A program made the translations under genes and the position numbers. From Owenia fusiformis (lineage: Eukaryota): a stretch of DNA of 64,000 bases. Positions 20,529 through 32,649 of the stretch are shown here, in pieces. A model generated the notes under the pieces. It saw only the letters and a list, made by a program, of their open reading frames with translations. It was not told the DNA's origin and did not search any database. The stretch spans positions 43,648,001 through 43,712,000 of the forward strand of contig CAIIXF020000001.1 in the NCBI GenBank assembly GCA_903813345.2, given 5' to 3'. How positions within the stretch are numbered: the stretch's first letter is position 1; every line of letters begins with the position of its first letter.

Positions 20529-23500
20529 AATTTTTCAATATTTTCTTCTCTACTCTTGACTTTCTATCAGGATACCATCAGATCGATTTTCCGAAATTTC
20601 AAAACGCCATAACTTCCGAACCGGAAGTCGGATCTAAATTTGGTTTAAAGATTCGGATTCCTGACAAAATTCTACCCCTAATTCATAACTCATACGTTAA
20701 ATTTGGAAACTTTTTATTTTGACCTACTTTTCGGACACGCCATAACTTCCGAAGCGGAAGTCGGATCGAAATTTGATTTGCAGATTCGGATTCCTGACAA
20801 AATTCTATTCCTAATTCATAACTCATACGTTAAATTTGGAGAACTTTTTATTTTGACCTACTTTTCTGACACCATATCTCAAAAGTGGGTCAAAATACTT
20901 TCTGACAGCAAAAGGCTAACACTATAAGCACACTCTTGGCTACATGTATACACAATTTCGAAGAATATAATTGAAGTGTAGTGTCAGAATCGCAAAAATA
21001 AGGAAAACCTTTGAATTTGACCTAGATTTTGACCTAGGAATTTTGGTGTCCAAATTCTGAAGCTAGATGGCTTTTGAGGTCCCCTTCTTTTGAAGGCTTT
21101 CATTAAATTAAGCTGAACTCAGTCTATATTTCGTATTTTTCATTTCAAAAAAATCTTTTTTCCCATTGACTTAACATGGGCACAAAATTTAGCGATTTCT
21201 GAGTTTTCAAAACGCCATAACTTCCGAACTAGGAGTCGGATCGAAATTTGGTTTGTAGATTCGGATTCCTGACAAAATTCTACCCCTAATTCATAACTCA
21301 TACATTGAATTTGGAGCACGTTTTGGTGTGACCTACTTTCTGGACGCCATATCTCAAAATCGGTTTGAGATATCAAAAAACTAAATCGACCCTAGCTTTC
21401 CTACTTTTTTATGAGGAACACAATGAAAAAAACCTGGATCGAAAATATTGAAGGACGACTGAGAAAATTGAAAAAAGTGACAAAGTACTGGATTTGACCT
21501 AGTTCTTGACCTTTGACCTAGATAAAAATTTGACCCAATTTCCCACCAACTAGATACTGAACCTAAATCAACGGTATAATGGTCTTTACTGGATACCTTA
21601 TAGTTACTGAAAAAACTCAAAAAGAAAAATAAGAATAACTAGACTTTGGAAATTGAACGAAGTTCAATTTCAGACTCCAGATTAAGACCTTTTTTAGCCG
21701 AGTCATCCAGAATAAGCTGAGTCATCCAGAATAAGCTGAGTCATCCAAAAAAAGATGGATGAATAAAATAGGAAGGTAGGATAGGATAGAATAGGAAGGA
21801 ACGATAGGATAGAATAAGAAAGAAGGATAGGATAGAATAAGAAGAAAGGATATGATAGGATAGGATAGGAAGGAAAAGACACGATCAAAGGATAGATAGG
21901 AAGGATAGGATAGGATAGGATCAGATAGGAAGGATAAATGAATTTTTCAATATTTTCTTCTCTACTCTTGACTTTCTATCAGGATACCATCAGATCGATT
22001 TTCCGAAATTTCAAAACGCCATAACTTCCGAACCGGAAGTCGGATCTAAATTTGATTTAAAGATTCGGATTCCTGACAAAATACTACCCCTAATTCATAA
22101 CTCATACGTTAAATTTGGCGAATTTTTATTTTGACCTACTTTTTGGACACGCCATAACTTCGGAACCGGAAGTCGGAACAAAATTTGGTTTGCAGATTCG
22201 GATTTCTGAGAAAATTCTATATTTAATTCATAACTCAAAAGTTAAATTTGGAAACTTTTTATTTTGACCTACTTTTCGGACACGCCATAACTTCCGAACC
22301 GGAAGTCAGATCGAAATTTGGTTTGCAGATTTGGATTCCTGACAAAATTCTACCCCTAATTCATAACTCATACGTTAAATTTGGAGAACTTTTTATTTTG
22401 ACCTACTTTTCGGACACCATATCTCAAAAGTGGGTCAAAATACTTTCTGACGGCAAAAAGCTAACACTATTAGCACACTCTTGGCTACATATATACACAA
22501 TTTCGAAGAATATAATTGGAGTGTAGTGTCAGAATCGCAAAAATAAGGAAAACCTTTGAATTTGACCTAGATTTTGACCTAGGCATTTTGGTGTCCAAAT
22601 TTTGAAGCTAGATGGCTTTTGAGGTCCCCTTCTTTTGAAGGCTTTCATTAAATTAAGCTGAATTCAGTCTATATTTCGAATTTTTCACTTCAAAAAAATC
22701 TTTTTTCCCATTGACTTAACATGGGCACCAAATTTAGCGATTTTTCAGCTTTTAAAACGCCATAACTTCCGAACCGGAAGTCGGATCGAAATTTGGTTTG
22801 CAGATTCGGATTCCTGACAAAATTCTACTCCTAATTCATAACTCATACATTGAATTTGGAGCACGATTTGGTGTGACCTACTTTCTGGATGCCATATTTC
22901 AAAATCGGTAAGAGTAATCAAAAAACGGATGGCACACTTATGAAAGGGCTGTTTGTAAGCTACAGGATGAAAAAAAGAGGAAGACGTTTCGAGAAATAAC
23001 GACGAAGATAATAGACAGAAGGTTGAAAATGTAAGATTTGACCTAGTTCTTGACCTTTGACCTAGATAAAAATTTGACCCAATTTCCCACGAACTAGATA
23101 CTGAACCTAAATGAACTGTATAATGGTCTTTACTGGATACCTTATAGTTATTGAAAAAACTCTTAAAGAAAAATAATAATAATAATAATAACTAGACTTT
23201 GGAAATTGAACGAAGTTCAATTTCAGACTCCAGATTTAGACCTTTTTTAGCCGAGTCATCCAGAATAAACCGAGTCATCCAGAATAAGCTGAGTCATCCA
23301 GAAAAAGACGGATGGATAAAATAGGAAGGTAGGATAGGATAGAATAGGAAGGAACGATAGGATAGAATAAGAAAGAAGGATAGGATAGAACAGAATAGGA
23401 AGAAAGGATATGATAGGAGAGGATAGGAAGGATAGGATAGAACAGAATAGGAAGAAAGGATATGATAGGAGAGGATAGGAAGGATAGGAAGGATAGGAAG

Positions 23501-26500
23501 GAGAAAAGATACGAAGGAAGGATAGATAGGAAGGATAGATAGGAAGGATAGGATAGGATAAGATCAGATAGGAAGGATGGATGAATTTTTCAATATTTTC
23601 TTCTCTACTCTTGACTTTCTATCAGGATGCCATCAGATCGATTTTCCGAAATTTCAAAACGCCATAACTTCCGAACCGGAAGTCGGATCGAAATTTGATT
23701 TTCAGATTCCTGACAAAATTCTACCCCTAATTCATAACTCATACGTTAAATTTGGCGAATTTTTATTTTGACCTACTTTTCGGACACGCCATAACTTCCA
23801 AACCGGAAGTCGGATCGAAATTTTGTTTGCAGATTCGGATTCCTGACAAAATTCTACCCCTAAGTCGTAACTCATACATTAAATTTGGAGAATTTTTTAT
23901 TTTGACCTACTTTTCGGACACCATATCTCAAAAGTGGGTCAAAATACTTTCTGACGGCAAAAGGCTAACACTATTAGCAGACTCTTGGCTATATGTATAC
24001 ACAATTTCGAAGAATATAATTGAAGTGTAGTGTCAGAATCACAAAAATAAGGAAAACCTTTGAATTTGACCTAGATTTTGTCATAGGAATTTTGGTGTCC
24101 AAATTCTGAAGCTAGATGGCTTTTGAGGTCCCCTTCTTTTGAAGCCTTTCATTTAATTAAGCTGAACTCAGTCTATATTTCATATTTTTCACTTCAAAAA
24201 AATCTTTTTTCCCATTGACTTAACATGGGCACAAAATTTAGCGATTTTTGAGTTTTTAAAACGCCATAACTTCCAAACCAGAAGTCGGGTCAAAATTTGG
24301 TTTGCAGATTCGGATTCCTGACAAAATTCTACCCCTAATTCATAACTCATACATTGAATTTGGAGCACGTTTTGGTGTGACCTACTTTCCGGACACCATA
24401 TCTCAAAATCGGTTTGAGATATCAAAAAACTAAATCGACCTACCTTTCCTACTTTTTTATGAGGAACACAATGAAAAAAACCTGGATCGAAAATATTGAA
24501 GGACGACTGAGAAAATTGAAAAAAGTGACAAAGTACTGGATTTGACCTAGTTCTTGACCTTTGACCTAGATAAAAAATTGACCCAATTTCCCAGAAACTA
24601 GATACTGGACCTAAATTGACCATATACAGGACTTGACTCAATGTCTTCTAGTTAAGGAGAAAACGTTTGTAGAAGAATAATAATAATAATAAGAATAAGA
24701 ATAAAGAAGAATACTGGCAAAAACAATAGACTCCAGATTGACATCTGGAGTCTAATAAGAAGAAGAAGAAGAAGAATACTGGCAAAAACAATAGACTCCA
24801 GATTGACATCTGGAGTCTAATAAGAAGAAGAACTAGACTTTGGAAATTGAACGAAGTTCAATTTCAGACTCCAGATCTAGACTTTTTTAAGCCCAGTCAT
24901 CTAAAATAAGCCGAGTCATCCAGAATAAGCTGAGTCATCCAGAATAAGATGGATGGATAGAAAAGGAAGGTAGGATAGGATAGAATGGGAAGGAACGATA
25001 GGATAGAATAAGAAAGAAGAATAGGATAGAACAGAATATGAAGAAAGGATATGATAGGAGAGGATAGGAAGGATAGGAAGGAAAGGATACGAAGGAAGGA
25101 TAGATAGGATGGATAGGATAGGATCAGATTTGAAGGATGGATTTTTCAATATTTTCTTCTCTACTCTTGACTTTCTATCAGGATACCATCAGATCGATTT
25201 TCCGAAATTTCAAAACGCCATACCTTCCGAACCGGAAGTCGGATCTAAATTTGATTTAAAGTTTCGGATTCCTGACAAAATTCTACCCTTAATTCATAAC
25301 TCATACGTTAAATTTGGCGAATTTTTATTTTGACCTACTTTTTGGACACGCCATTTCTTCGGAACCGGAAGTCGGATCGAAAATTGGTTTGCAGACTCGA
25401 ATTCCTGAGAAAATTCTACCCTTAATTTATAACTCATATGTTAAATTTGGAGAACTTTTTACCTACTTTTCGGACACCATATCTTAAAAGTGGGTCGAAA
25501 TACTTTCTGACGGCAAAAGGCTAACGCTATTAGCACACTCTTTCCTACCTGTATACAAAATTTTGAAGCAAATCATTTAAATATAGTGTCAGAATCGCAA
25601 AAATAAGGAAAAACTATGAATTTGACCTAGATTTTGACCTAGGGATTTTGGTGTCCAAATTTTGAAGTTGGGTAGCCTTCGAGGTCCCCTTCTTTCATAG
25701 GCTTTCATTATTTTAAGCTGTACTTAGTCTATATCTCGTATTTTACACTTCAAAAAAATCTTTTATCCCATTGATATAACATGGGGCACCAAATTTAGCG
25801 ATTTTTGAGCTTTCAAAATGTCATAACTTCCGAACCGGAAGTCGGATCGAAATTTGGTTTGCAGATTCGGATTCCTGAGAAAATTCTATACTTAATTCAT
25901 AACTCAAACGTTAAATTTGGAGAATTTTTTATTTTGACCTACTTTTCGGACACCATATCTCAAAAGTGGGTCAAAATACTTTCTGACGGCAAAAGGCTTA
26001 CACTATTAGCACACTCTTGGCTACATGTATACAAAATTTCGAAGAATATAATTAATCTGTAGTGTCAGAATCGCAAAAATAATGAAAAACTTTGAATTTG
26101 ATCTAGATTTTGACCTAGGCTTTTTGGTGTCCAAATTTTTATGAAAAGAAGGTTTTGAGGTCTCTTTCTTTTATGGGCTTCCATTATGTTTAGCTGTGCT
26201 TAGTCTATATCTCGTATTTTACACTTCAAAAAAATATTTTTCCCATTGAATTAACATGGGGCACCAAATTTAGCGATTTTTGAATTTTCAAAACGCCATA
26301 ACTTCTGAACCGGGAGTCAGATCGAAATTTGGTTTTCAGATTCGGAATCCTGAGAAAATGTCCTATAAGACTGATATCCTGGATATTGGATTCGGAGAAC
26401 TTATTTTTGGACCTCGTTTTCGGACACTGATATCTCGAAATCGGTTTGAGATACCAAAAAACTAAATCGACCCTTGGTTTTCTACTTTTTTATGAGGAAC

Positions 26501-27405
26501 ACAATGAAAAAAACCCGGATCGAAAATATTGAAGGACGACCGAGAAAATCGAAAAAAGTGACAAAGTACTGGATTTGACCTAGTTCTTGACCTTTGACCT
26601 AGATAAAAATTTGACCCAATTTCCCACCAACTAGATACTGAACCTAAATAAACTGTATTATGGTACTTACTGGATACCTCATAGTTATTGAAAAAACTCC
26701 CAAAGAATAATAAGAATAAGAATAAGAAGAAGAATAAGAATACTGGCAAAAACAATAGACTCCAGATTGACATCTGGAGTCTAATAATAAGAATACTGGC
26801 AAAAACAATAGACTCCAGATTGACATCTGGAGTCTAATAAGAATACTGGCAAAAACAATAGACTCCAGATTGACATCTGGAGTCTAATAAAAAGAATATC
26901 CTGTTCTGTGGTGTTTCTTATCCCATCATGGATAATCCCTCAGACATTATTGGATATCCTTTAAATATTGGACACTTTTGCCTATTGTATAATATGAAAC
27001 ATTAACATGCAAAATGTCACCACCTGTCATTTATTCAAGAAACACACCTAGTGCTGGACACCAATCGCCTTCACAAAAAGATGGAGACCATAACAATATT
27101 TGTATGTCACCACTTTTGGAGGTGACATATCAATAATTTGTGATGATGCACCGTCATATTATAGACACATTCGGTGAATTTACAATAGACAGTGCTCATC
27201 ATCCTTCAAGATCAGCCTTAGATTAGACAGTGCAAGTTTTTTTGTACATACTCGTAGATGTATCATAATATAATACATTATGCAATACAAAAAACCTTGT
27301 AAATCTTGTTGATGTGCTTTACATTTTGTTAGATTGGACGGATTTATATAATCACAACTCAGAACTGCTCTCAGGGAGCAGATGATGAAATGCTTCATAC
27401 ATATG

Positions 27406-29056
27406 CTGACATTTTCTTAGCTGACATGTTACTATTTCCAGTATTTCTTTGTCAATTGTAGAACCACCAATAAAACTTGCAATAAATATGATAACAATTA
27501 AGTCACGACAACAACAACCAAAACAGTGAACTTATATAAGCTATACTACTTTATTCTGATAAAAGAGAAACAACATGAAAACAGTAGTTAAAAAAATACA
27601 GAGTACTATACCAGTACATACATTTGTCATTAAAAGATTGTCTTGGAAAATATAAGGCATCTATTCTACATGTAACTAATATAACATCACAAGGACTTCA
27701 TCTACTTCATTTATCAAAAATTAATTTCCAATAACCATAGGCAAAGATGATACACTTTAATTTACTATAATAAACATGACAGATTTCTATCACAAACATA
27801 AAGCCAACAGGTCATGAATGTGGCCCCCAGAGTTTTTACAAATAAAGCACAAGGCATTTACATGCAAATTGTCACCACATGCCTTTTGTTACAGAGGCTG
27901 TATGTTGTTACAGACACTGAACACCAGCCAAAAAAGTTGGAGACTAGAGCAAATGTTTGTCGCCACTTCTGGTGATGACAAAAAACCTGTCTACTCCAAT
28001 ACCTTTGGGATTGCCTCACAGCTCAGATCTTTTGAAAGATGACACATCTATAAAGGACAATTTTCAGTTTGGATAACCATAGACGATTTTAGGTTTGGAG
28101 AACCAAATTCATCTGCATATTTCGACGTTATCAATGTTGCCAAAAATGAACATTTTTGTGTATTGTAAATTTAAATGTCCTCTTTGTATACTTTAAAATC
28201 TACAATACGTAAAAATATGAAATTTTTGGTAACATTGATAACGTCGGAATATGCAGATGAATTTGGTTCTCAAAAGCGAAAATCATCCTTTACCAAATCT
28301 ATCTTTGCCATTTGTATTTGCACTAATAAATACATGAATGGAATGTGTTATAATGAGAAAAAATAGTTCTGGTTAAAGTGGATGTATGCTTATTACAAAT
28401 CTTGAGCACTTTATTTGGAAAGTTTCATGTATGCTATATACCTACACAACATGGATGGAATGTTAAAAATCACAATTTATATTATATTATTAAATAAGTG
28501 GCTAATATCCAACAAACTACAAAAAAATATAAATGTAATAAAAAGAATATCCTGTTCTGTGGTGTTTCTTATCCCATCATGGATAATCCCTCAGACATTA
28601 TTGGATATCCTTTAAATATTGGAAACTTTTGCCTATTGTATAATATGAAACATTAACATGCAAAATGTCACCACCTGCCATTTATTCAAGAAACACACCT
28701 AGTGCTGGACACCAATCGCCTTCACAAAAGGATGGAGACCATAACAATATTTGTATGTCACCACTTTTGGAGGTGACATATCAATAATTTGTGATGATGC
28801 ACCGTCATATTATAGACACATTTGGTGAATTTACAATAGACAGCGCTCATCATCCTTCAAGATCAGCCTTAGATTAGACAGTGCAAGTTTTTTGTACATA
28901 CTCGTAGATGTATCATAATATAATACATTATGCAATGCAAAAAACCTTGTAAATCTTGTTGATGTGCTTTACATTTTGTTAGATTGGACGGATTTATATA
29001 ATCACAACTCAGAACTGCTCTCAGGGAGCAGATGATGAAATGCTTCATACATATGC
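27406..29056 (+). repeat. Uninterrupted copy 2 of the ~1.65-kb tandem duplication
   Basis: Equals 16297-17427 joined to 26888-27405, with only scattered substitutions and 1-bp indels. Confidence 0.95.
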
Positions 29057-29373
29057 ATTTCTTTCTTTATCTCACATTACTGAAACAAATGCATATAGCA
29101 AAACATGCATGAACAATTGTATACTTTTTATCAAGTATTGTATAAGTATCTAATACACAATATTTAAGTTTACAAATATGCTTACAATCACAATGCACAC
29201 AAGTTTAACAAATTTATGTACTCACTGCAATGTAAGAAATTTTATTTTTGAATGCTGATTTTCATTTTGAGCAGTGCAAGCTTTTGTACTGTAAGCTTTT
29301 GTACTCTTGAATTTCCTCACTTGAAATCATGAATGCTTTGAATTAATTTAAATCCTGTGATTGCTTACACATA

Positions 29374-29599
29374 CAGGGTGACCCGAAAAAAGGAGACCAT
29401 TGAAGTAGGCAATATCTCCTAAACTAGACAAGTGACATTGGTGAAATTTTGCACTCATTAGAAGAGTTCTATGGAAATTTGTTCCTGAAAGTTTCAATAA
29501 AGATGACTGTTCCGATGTGTGCAAAATTTCATTGATGTCACTTGTCTAGTTTAGGAGATATTGCCTACTTCAATGGTCTCCTTTTTTCTGGCCACCCTG
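29374..29599. mobile_element. Tc1/mariner-type MITE; right end plus flank tandemly duplicated (~39 bp, to ~29656)
   Basis: TA-CAGGGTGACCCGAAAAAAGGAGACCATTGAAGTAGGCAATATCTCCTAAACTAGACAAGTGACA pairs with TGTCACTTGTCTAGTTTAGGAGATATTGCCTACTTCAATGGTCTCCTTTTTTCTGGCCACCCTG-TA. Confidence 0.9.
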
Positions 29600-29951
29600 T
29601 ATAAGTTATAATTCACTCCTTTTTTCTGGCCACCCTGTATAAGTTATAATTCACTGCATTATAAACTTTACTGAGAAATAAAGTGAGGTTTGCAAATATA
29701 AAAATAATATATAAGTGCTGCAAAGCTTACTAAAATAGAACTGATGAAGCAATAGAAATATAACGAAATCAAATTTTTCATAGTCTTGCATCAAACCCTG
29801 TGCTGGGATGGAGGGAATTTTTTTATAACCCCTTTCTGGCTAATGCACAGGAAAAATAGTGGGCCCATTAGTCTCGTATTTTTCCATAAAAAGCCAATTT
29901 TCAGTGGGTTGGATATAGATGGGATTAAGAGACTTGATACAAGACTAACCT

Positions 29952-31859
29952 TTAAACAACAGTTTCAGTCTTTGTTACAACAACATGGCTTTGTACTTCT
30001 GTGTCAACATTTGTCATGGATGCAATAGATATGGTATGACTTATATCACCAGTTCCACAAAGTTCCTTCATGGAGTGAATATGATGTTTAACTTGCTCTA
30101 CTCCTAAGACAACACCCTCTCTCATACGTTGTCCATACTGACGACTTGATGCACGAATAGTTTGAAGTTTGTAACGACTGTTTTCACCAAGTTTGTGAAT
30201 GTACTGAGAACCGGATTGTTTCAAATCTTTCATTTGTATTTTCACTTCTTTCATTTGTGATCGTGCCATTGTCATACGACGGTCAACTTCAATTCTGAGT
30301 TGGCGTCGTGCTTCCTCCAAACTTTGCCTCAGTTTGAGCTTGACAGCTCCATCAATTTCTTCTTCCGAGTCACTGGTAGCAAGGGGTGTATTTCCTCCAT
30401 ATTTTTGAGGAGAGGCACGCAGGGATTGGATCCAGAAAGGGCTGTGTTGACAAGGCGCTGGAGAATGTAGGGGAGTATGTTCTCCACATTCTGAATCATC
30501 AATGATAATATCAGGTAGGTCAAACATTTTTTTATTTTTTTTTAAACATGCCTCAAGACACAGACATATTCCACCATAGATCAAAGTCAGCACTATACAT
30601 ATCCCTGCAGATCCAGCAGCCAGAATCATATTTATCATGAATATCTCACTTATAGTTGACTTCTGTGTGACAAATATTGTTTCATTAACATACCCACTTG
30701 GATTTATAGCAGTACATGTAAATTGCCCTGCAAAATAATTTCTAATCTGCGAGATAACCAGGCTTCCATCTTTTTGCACTGTGGCTTCAGACTTGAAGTA
30801 ACTTCGAGCACCAGCAAATGCATGTTGACCCTTGTGGATGTATAATTCTGGGGGAAGCCACATTGCATGTGAGGGGTGAACGAGAATCTGTCCCATAGGA
30901 GTTGTCCAGTATACTCCAGGAGTAGGTTCGCCAGATGCATTGCACCACAAAGTAACATCTTGTAAATGACTCACAGTAATATTCTGTGTAATATTTAGGA
31001 TTATTGGAGGCTGACAAGTTAGCTCATCAAATTCCAATTGTTCAATCGGGGTACCTTGTAACACTAGAGGTTGGTTGCATATCATTCTTTGACGATTCTT
31101 ATAATATGCATGATTGTGAAGATCTCGAATAATCCAGTTCAAGCCACATTGGCAATTCCATGGATTATTTTCAAGATGAAGATGCGTTAAATTATTCAAG
31201 TTGATCATTGCTTGTTCATGTAGGTGTACAAGCTGATTATCACACATATGAAGAACCTTCATGTTTATCAATGTATTGAAAGCTGTAGGGGATATCACAT
31301 TTATCTTGTTGTAGCTGATATCTAGATGTGTTAAAGAGGTAAGCCCATTGAATAGATCGGCTCCAATCTGTATTATCATATTATGACTTAAATCAATATG
31401 GGTTAGATGGGACTTTCTCAAGAATATACCATTGGGGATTTTGGTCAGTGAATTATGGCTTAAGTTCAATGATGCTAGGTTATCCAAATCCTGGAATACA
31501 TCAGATCTCAAATTGTCAATTGTGTTTTGTGACAATTGTAATGATTTTAGATGAACTAATCCAATAAATGTAAATTCATCTATTTGGGAAATATGATTGT
31601 TCAAGAGATGAATGTGACGTATATTGGGAAGCATCCACAGTTTGTTTATGCTATGAAAATTTGCTCCATGTATGTCTAATTTATGAATCTGGGATTTCCA
31701 AATAGAGAGAAGTAAATCAGTCCAAGATTCACTTAGTCCATTGGTGCATGACACAGATGTTTTGGCGCAAAAACATTCGTCGGGACATGCATTGACAGGT
31801 ATCAATAAAAACACTAAAAAGTAATTGAATGTACATATTTTGATCGGCATAATCGCCAT
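29952..31859 (-). CDS. Leucine-rich repeat and Ig-domain single-pass membrane protein (LIG family), 635 aa, intronless CDS
   Basis: Signal peptide, LRRNT (CPDECFC...C), ~7-8 LxxLxLxxNxI repeats, LRRCT (NPWNCQCGL...C...C), one Ig domain (VTLWCNASGEPTPGVYW...GQFTCTAIN), a hydrophobic TM segment and a ~200-aa cytoplasmic tail. A probable 5'UTR intron spans 32233-32028 (GTAAGT...TTTTTCAG on the minus strand). Confidence 0.93.
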   Translation of the reverse strand: MAIMPIKICTFNYFLVFLLIPVNACPDECFCAKTSVSCTNGLSESWTDLLLSIWKSQIHKLDIHGANFHSINKLWMLPNIRHIHLLNNHISQIDEFTFIGLVHLKSLQLSQNTIDNLRSDVFQDLDNLASLNLSHNSLTKIPNGIFLRKSHLTHIDLSHNMIIQIGADLFNGLTSLTHLDISYNKINVISPTAFNTLINMKVLHMCDNQLVHLHEQAMINLNNLTHLHLENNPWNCQCGLNWIIRDLHNHAYYKNRQRMICNQPLVLQGTPIEQLEFDELTCQPPIILNITQNITVSHLQDVTLWCNASGEPTPGVYWTTPMGQILVHPSHAMWLPPELYIHKGQHAFAGARSYFKSEATVQKDGSLVISQIRNYFAGQFTCTAINPSGYVNETIFVTQKSTISEIFMINMILAAGSAGICIVLTLIYGGICLCLEACLKKNKKMFDLPDIIIDDSECGEHTPLHSPAPCQHSPFWIQSLRASPQKYGGNTPLATSDSEEEIDGAVKLKLRQSLEEARRQLRIEVDRRMTMARSQMKEVKIQMKDLKQSGSQYIHKLGENSRYKLQTIRASSRQYGQRMREGVVLGVEQVKHHIHSMKELCGTGDISHTISIASMTNVDTEVQSHVVVTKTETVV

Positions 31860-32233
31860 CTTTATCGCTCATTCATGGAAAGTCGGTGGATGATTGCAGG
31901 TCTGAATGTGCACCTGCAGAAGTCCTTCATTGCCTAAACAACGCCTGATCAGTCACGATAAGCCATCTTCATTTTCACTGTGCTTGTAACGTTATATTCA
32001 TTTATCACATTTTCCTTGACCTGCTTCCTGAAAAACAACAAATCACAGGTAAAAACTCAATCAAGGAAGGAAATGAGGCTGCAGTTCTAATAATTCATCA
32101 TAAAAACAAACTTGACCCTTTTGGCTTCCAAATAAAACGAAATCATAGTAAACTAATACAGTATAAATTATGCAGGATATACAGATAAACCAAATAACAG
32201 TTAAGCTATAATTAGCTAAACTTGCAAACTTAC

Positions 32234-32649
32234 AAAAGAAAGTTTTTCCGCCTGAAGTTTTCTGAAAATCCCAGTTCCGGTATTACATTTTCCTCTCCTC
32301 ACCATCAACCAACTCAATATAACTGTATAGACTGAACAATTCCAACAAACGTCTAGCTATAAAATAGCATTAAAATTTGACATATAATTGGCTGAATCTA
32401 CTTAAACACTTCCGTGCATAGATTCTTTTTAATTGTTCTTTTATAGGTATTATTAATCATAACTTGAGGGAGGATGTTCAATAAATAGTTCTATTTTATT
32501 CACGTGACCTAATCGTATTTGCATATTCTATGATCAACAAGAACGACGGCCATTTTGGAGTACTTTAGTGAACCCATAACATTAACTATTATTTTCTTTA
32601 GTTTTGTAACGATATAAAGGATTAAATATATATGTGAATACAGCTAAAT
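32234..32649. promoter_or_regulatory. Probable bidirectional promoter / 5' exons shared by the LRR-Ig gene (-) and calsyntenin (+)
   Basis: Only ~415 bp lie between the minus-strand first donor (32233) and the calsyntenin ATG (32650). The interval contains ETS-like TTCCG (~32275, ~32410), reverse CCAAT (ATTGG ~32386), E-box TCACGTGAC (~32500), ATTTGCAT octamer (~32517) and YY1-like CGGCCATTTT (~32547). Confidence 0.6.

Larger units (their letters stand above)
17428..26887 (-). mobile_element. Array of five Helentron-type non-autonomous elements (HINE-like) with internal ~476-bp and ~133-bp tandem repeats
   Basis: Five terminal modules CTAG-...-GAAATTGAACgaaGTTCAATTTC(hairpin)-AGACTCCAGAT start at 17428, 20273, 21639, 23192 and 24833. 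Five opposite-end modules ATACTGGCAAAAACAA-TAGACTCCAGATtgacATCTGGAGTCTAA end at 24755, 24820, 26784, 26837 and 26887. (AAT/AAG)n microsatellites are present. The insertion site is TT on the minus strand, seen in the empty site at ~28531-28545. Confidence 0.8.

Noticed and set aside
17428..26887. Repeated palindromes and regular repeats superficially like a CRISPR array; many similar short ORFs (MSFQNAITSE...)
   Set aside because: Eukaryotic context, no unique spacers and no cas genes. The ORFs are frameshifted, stop-interrupted readings of the tandem repeat.
16707..28366. Duplicated 74-aa and 63-aa ORFs
   Set aside because: By-product of the tandem duplication; no recognisable motif, and one overlaps a MITE.
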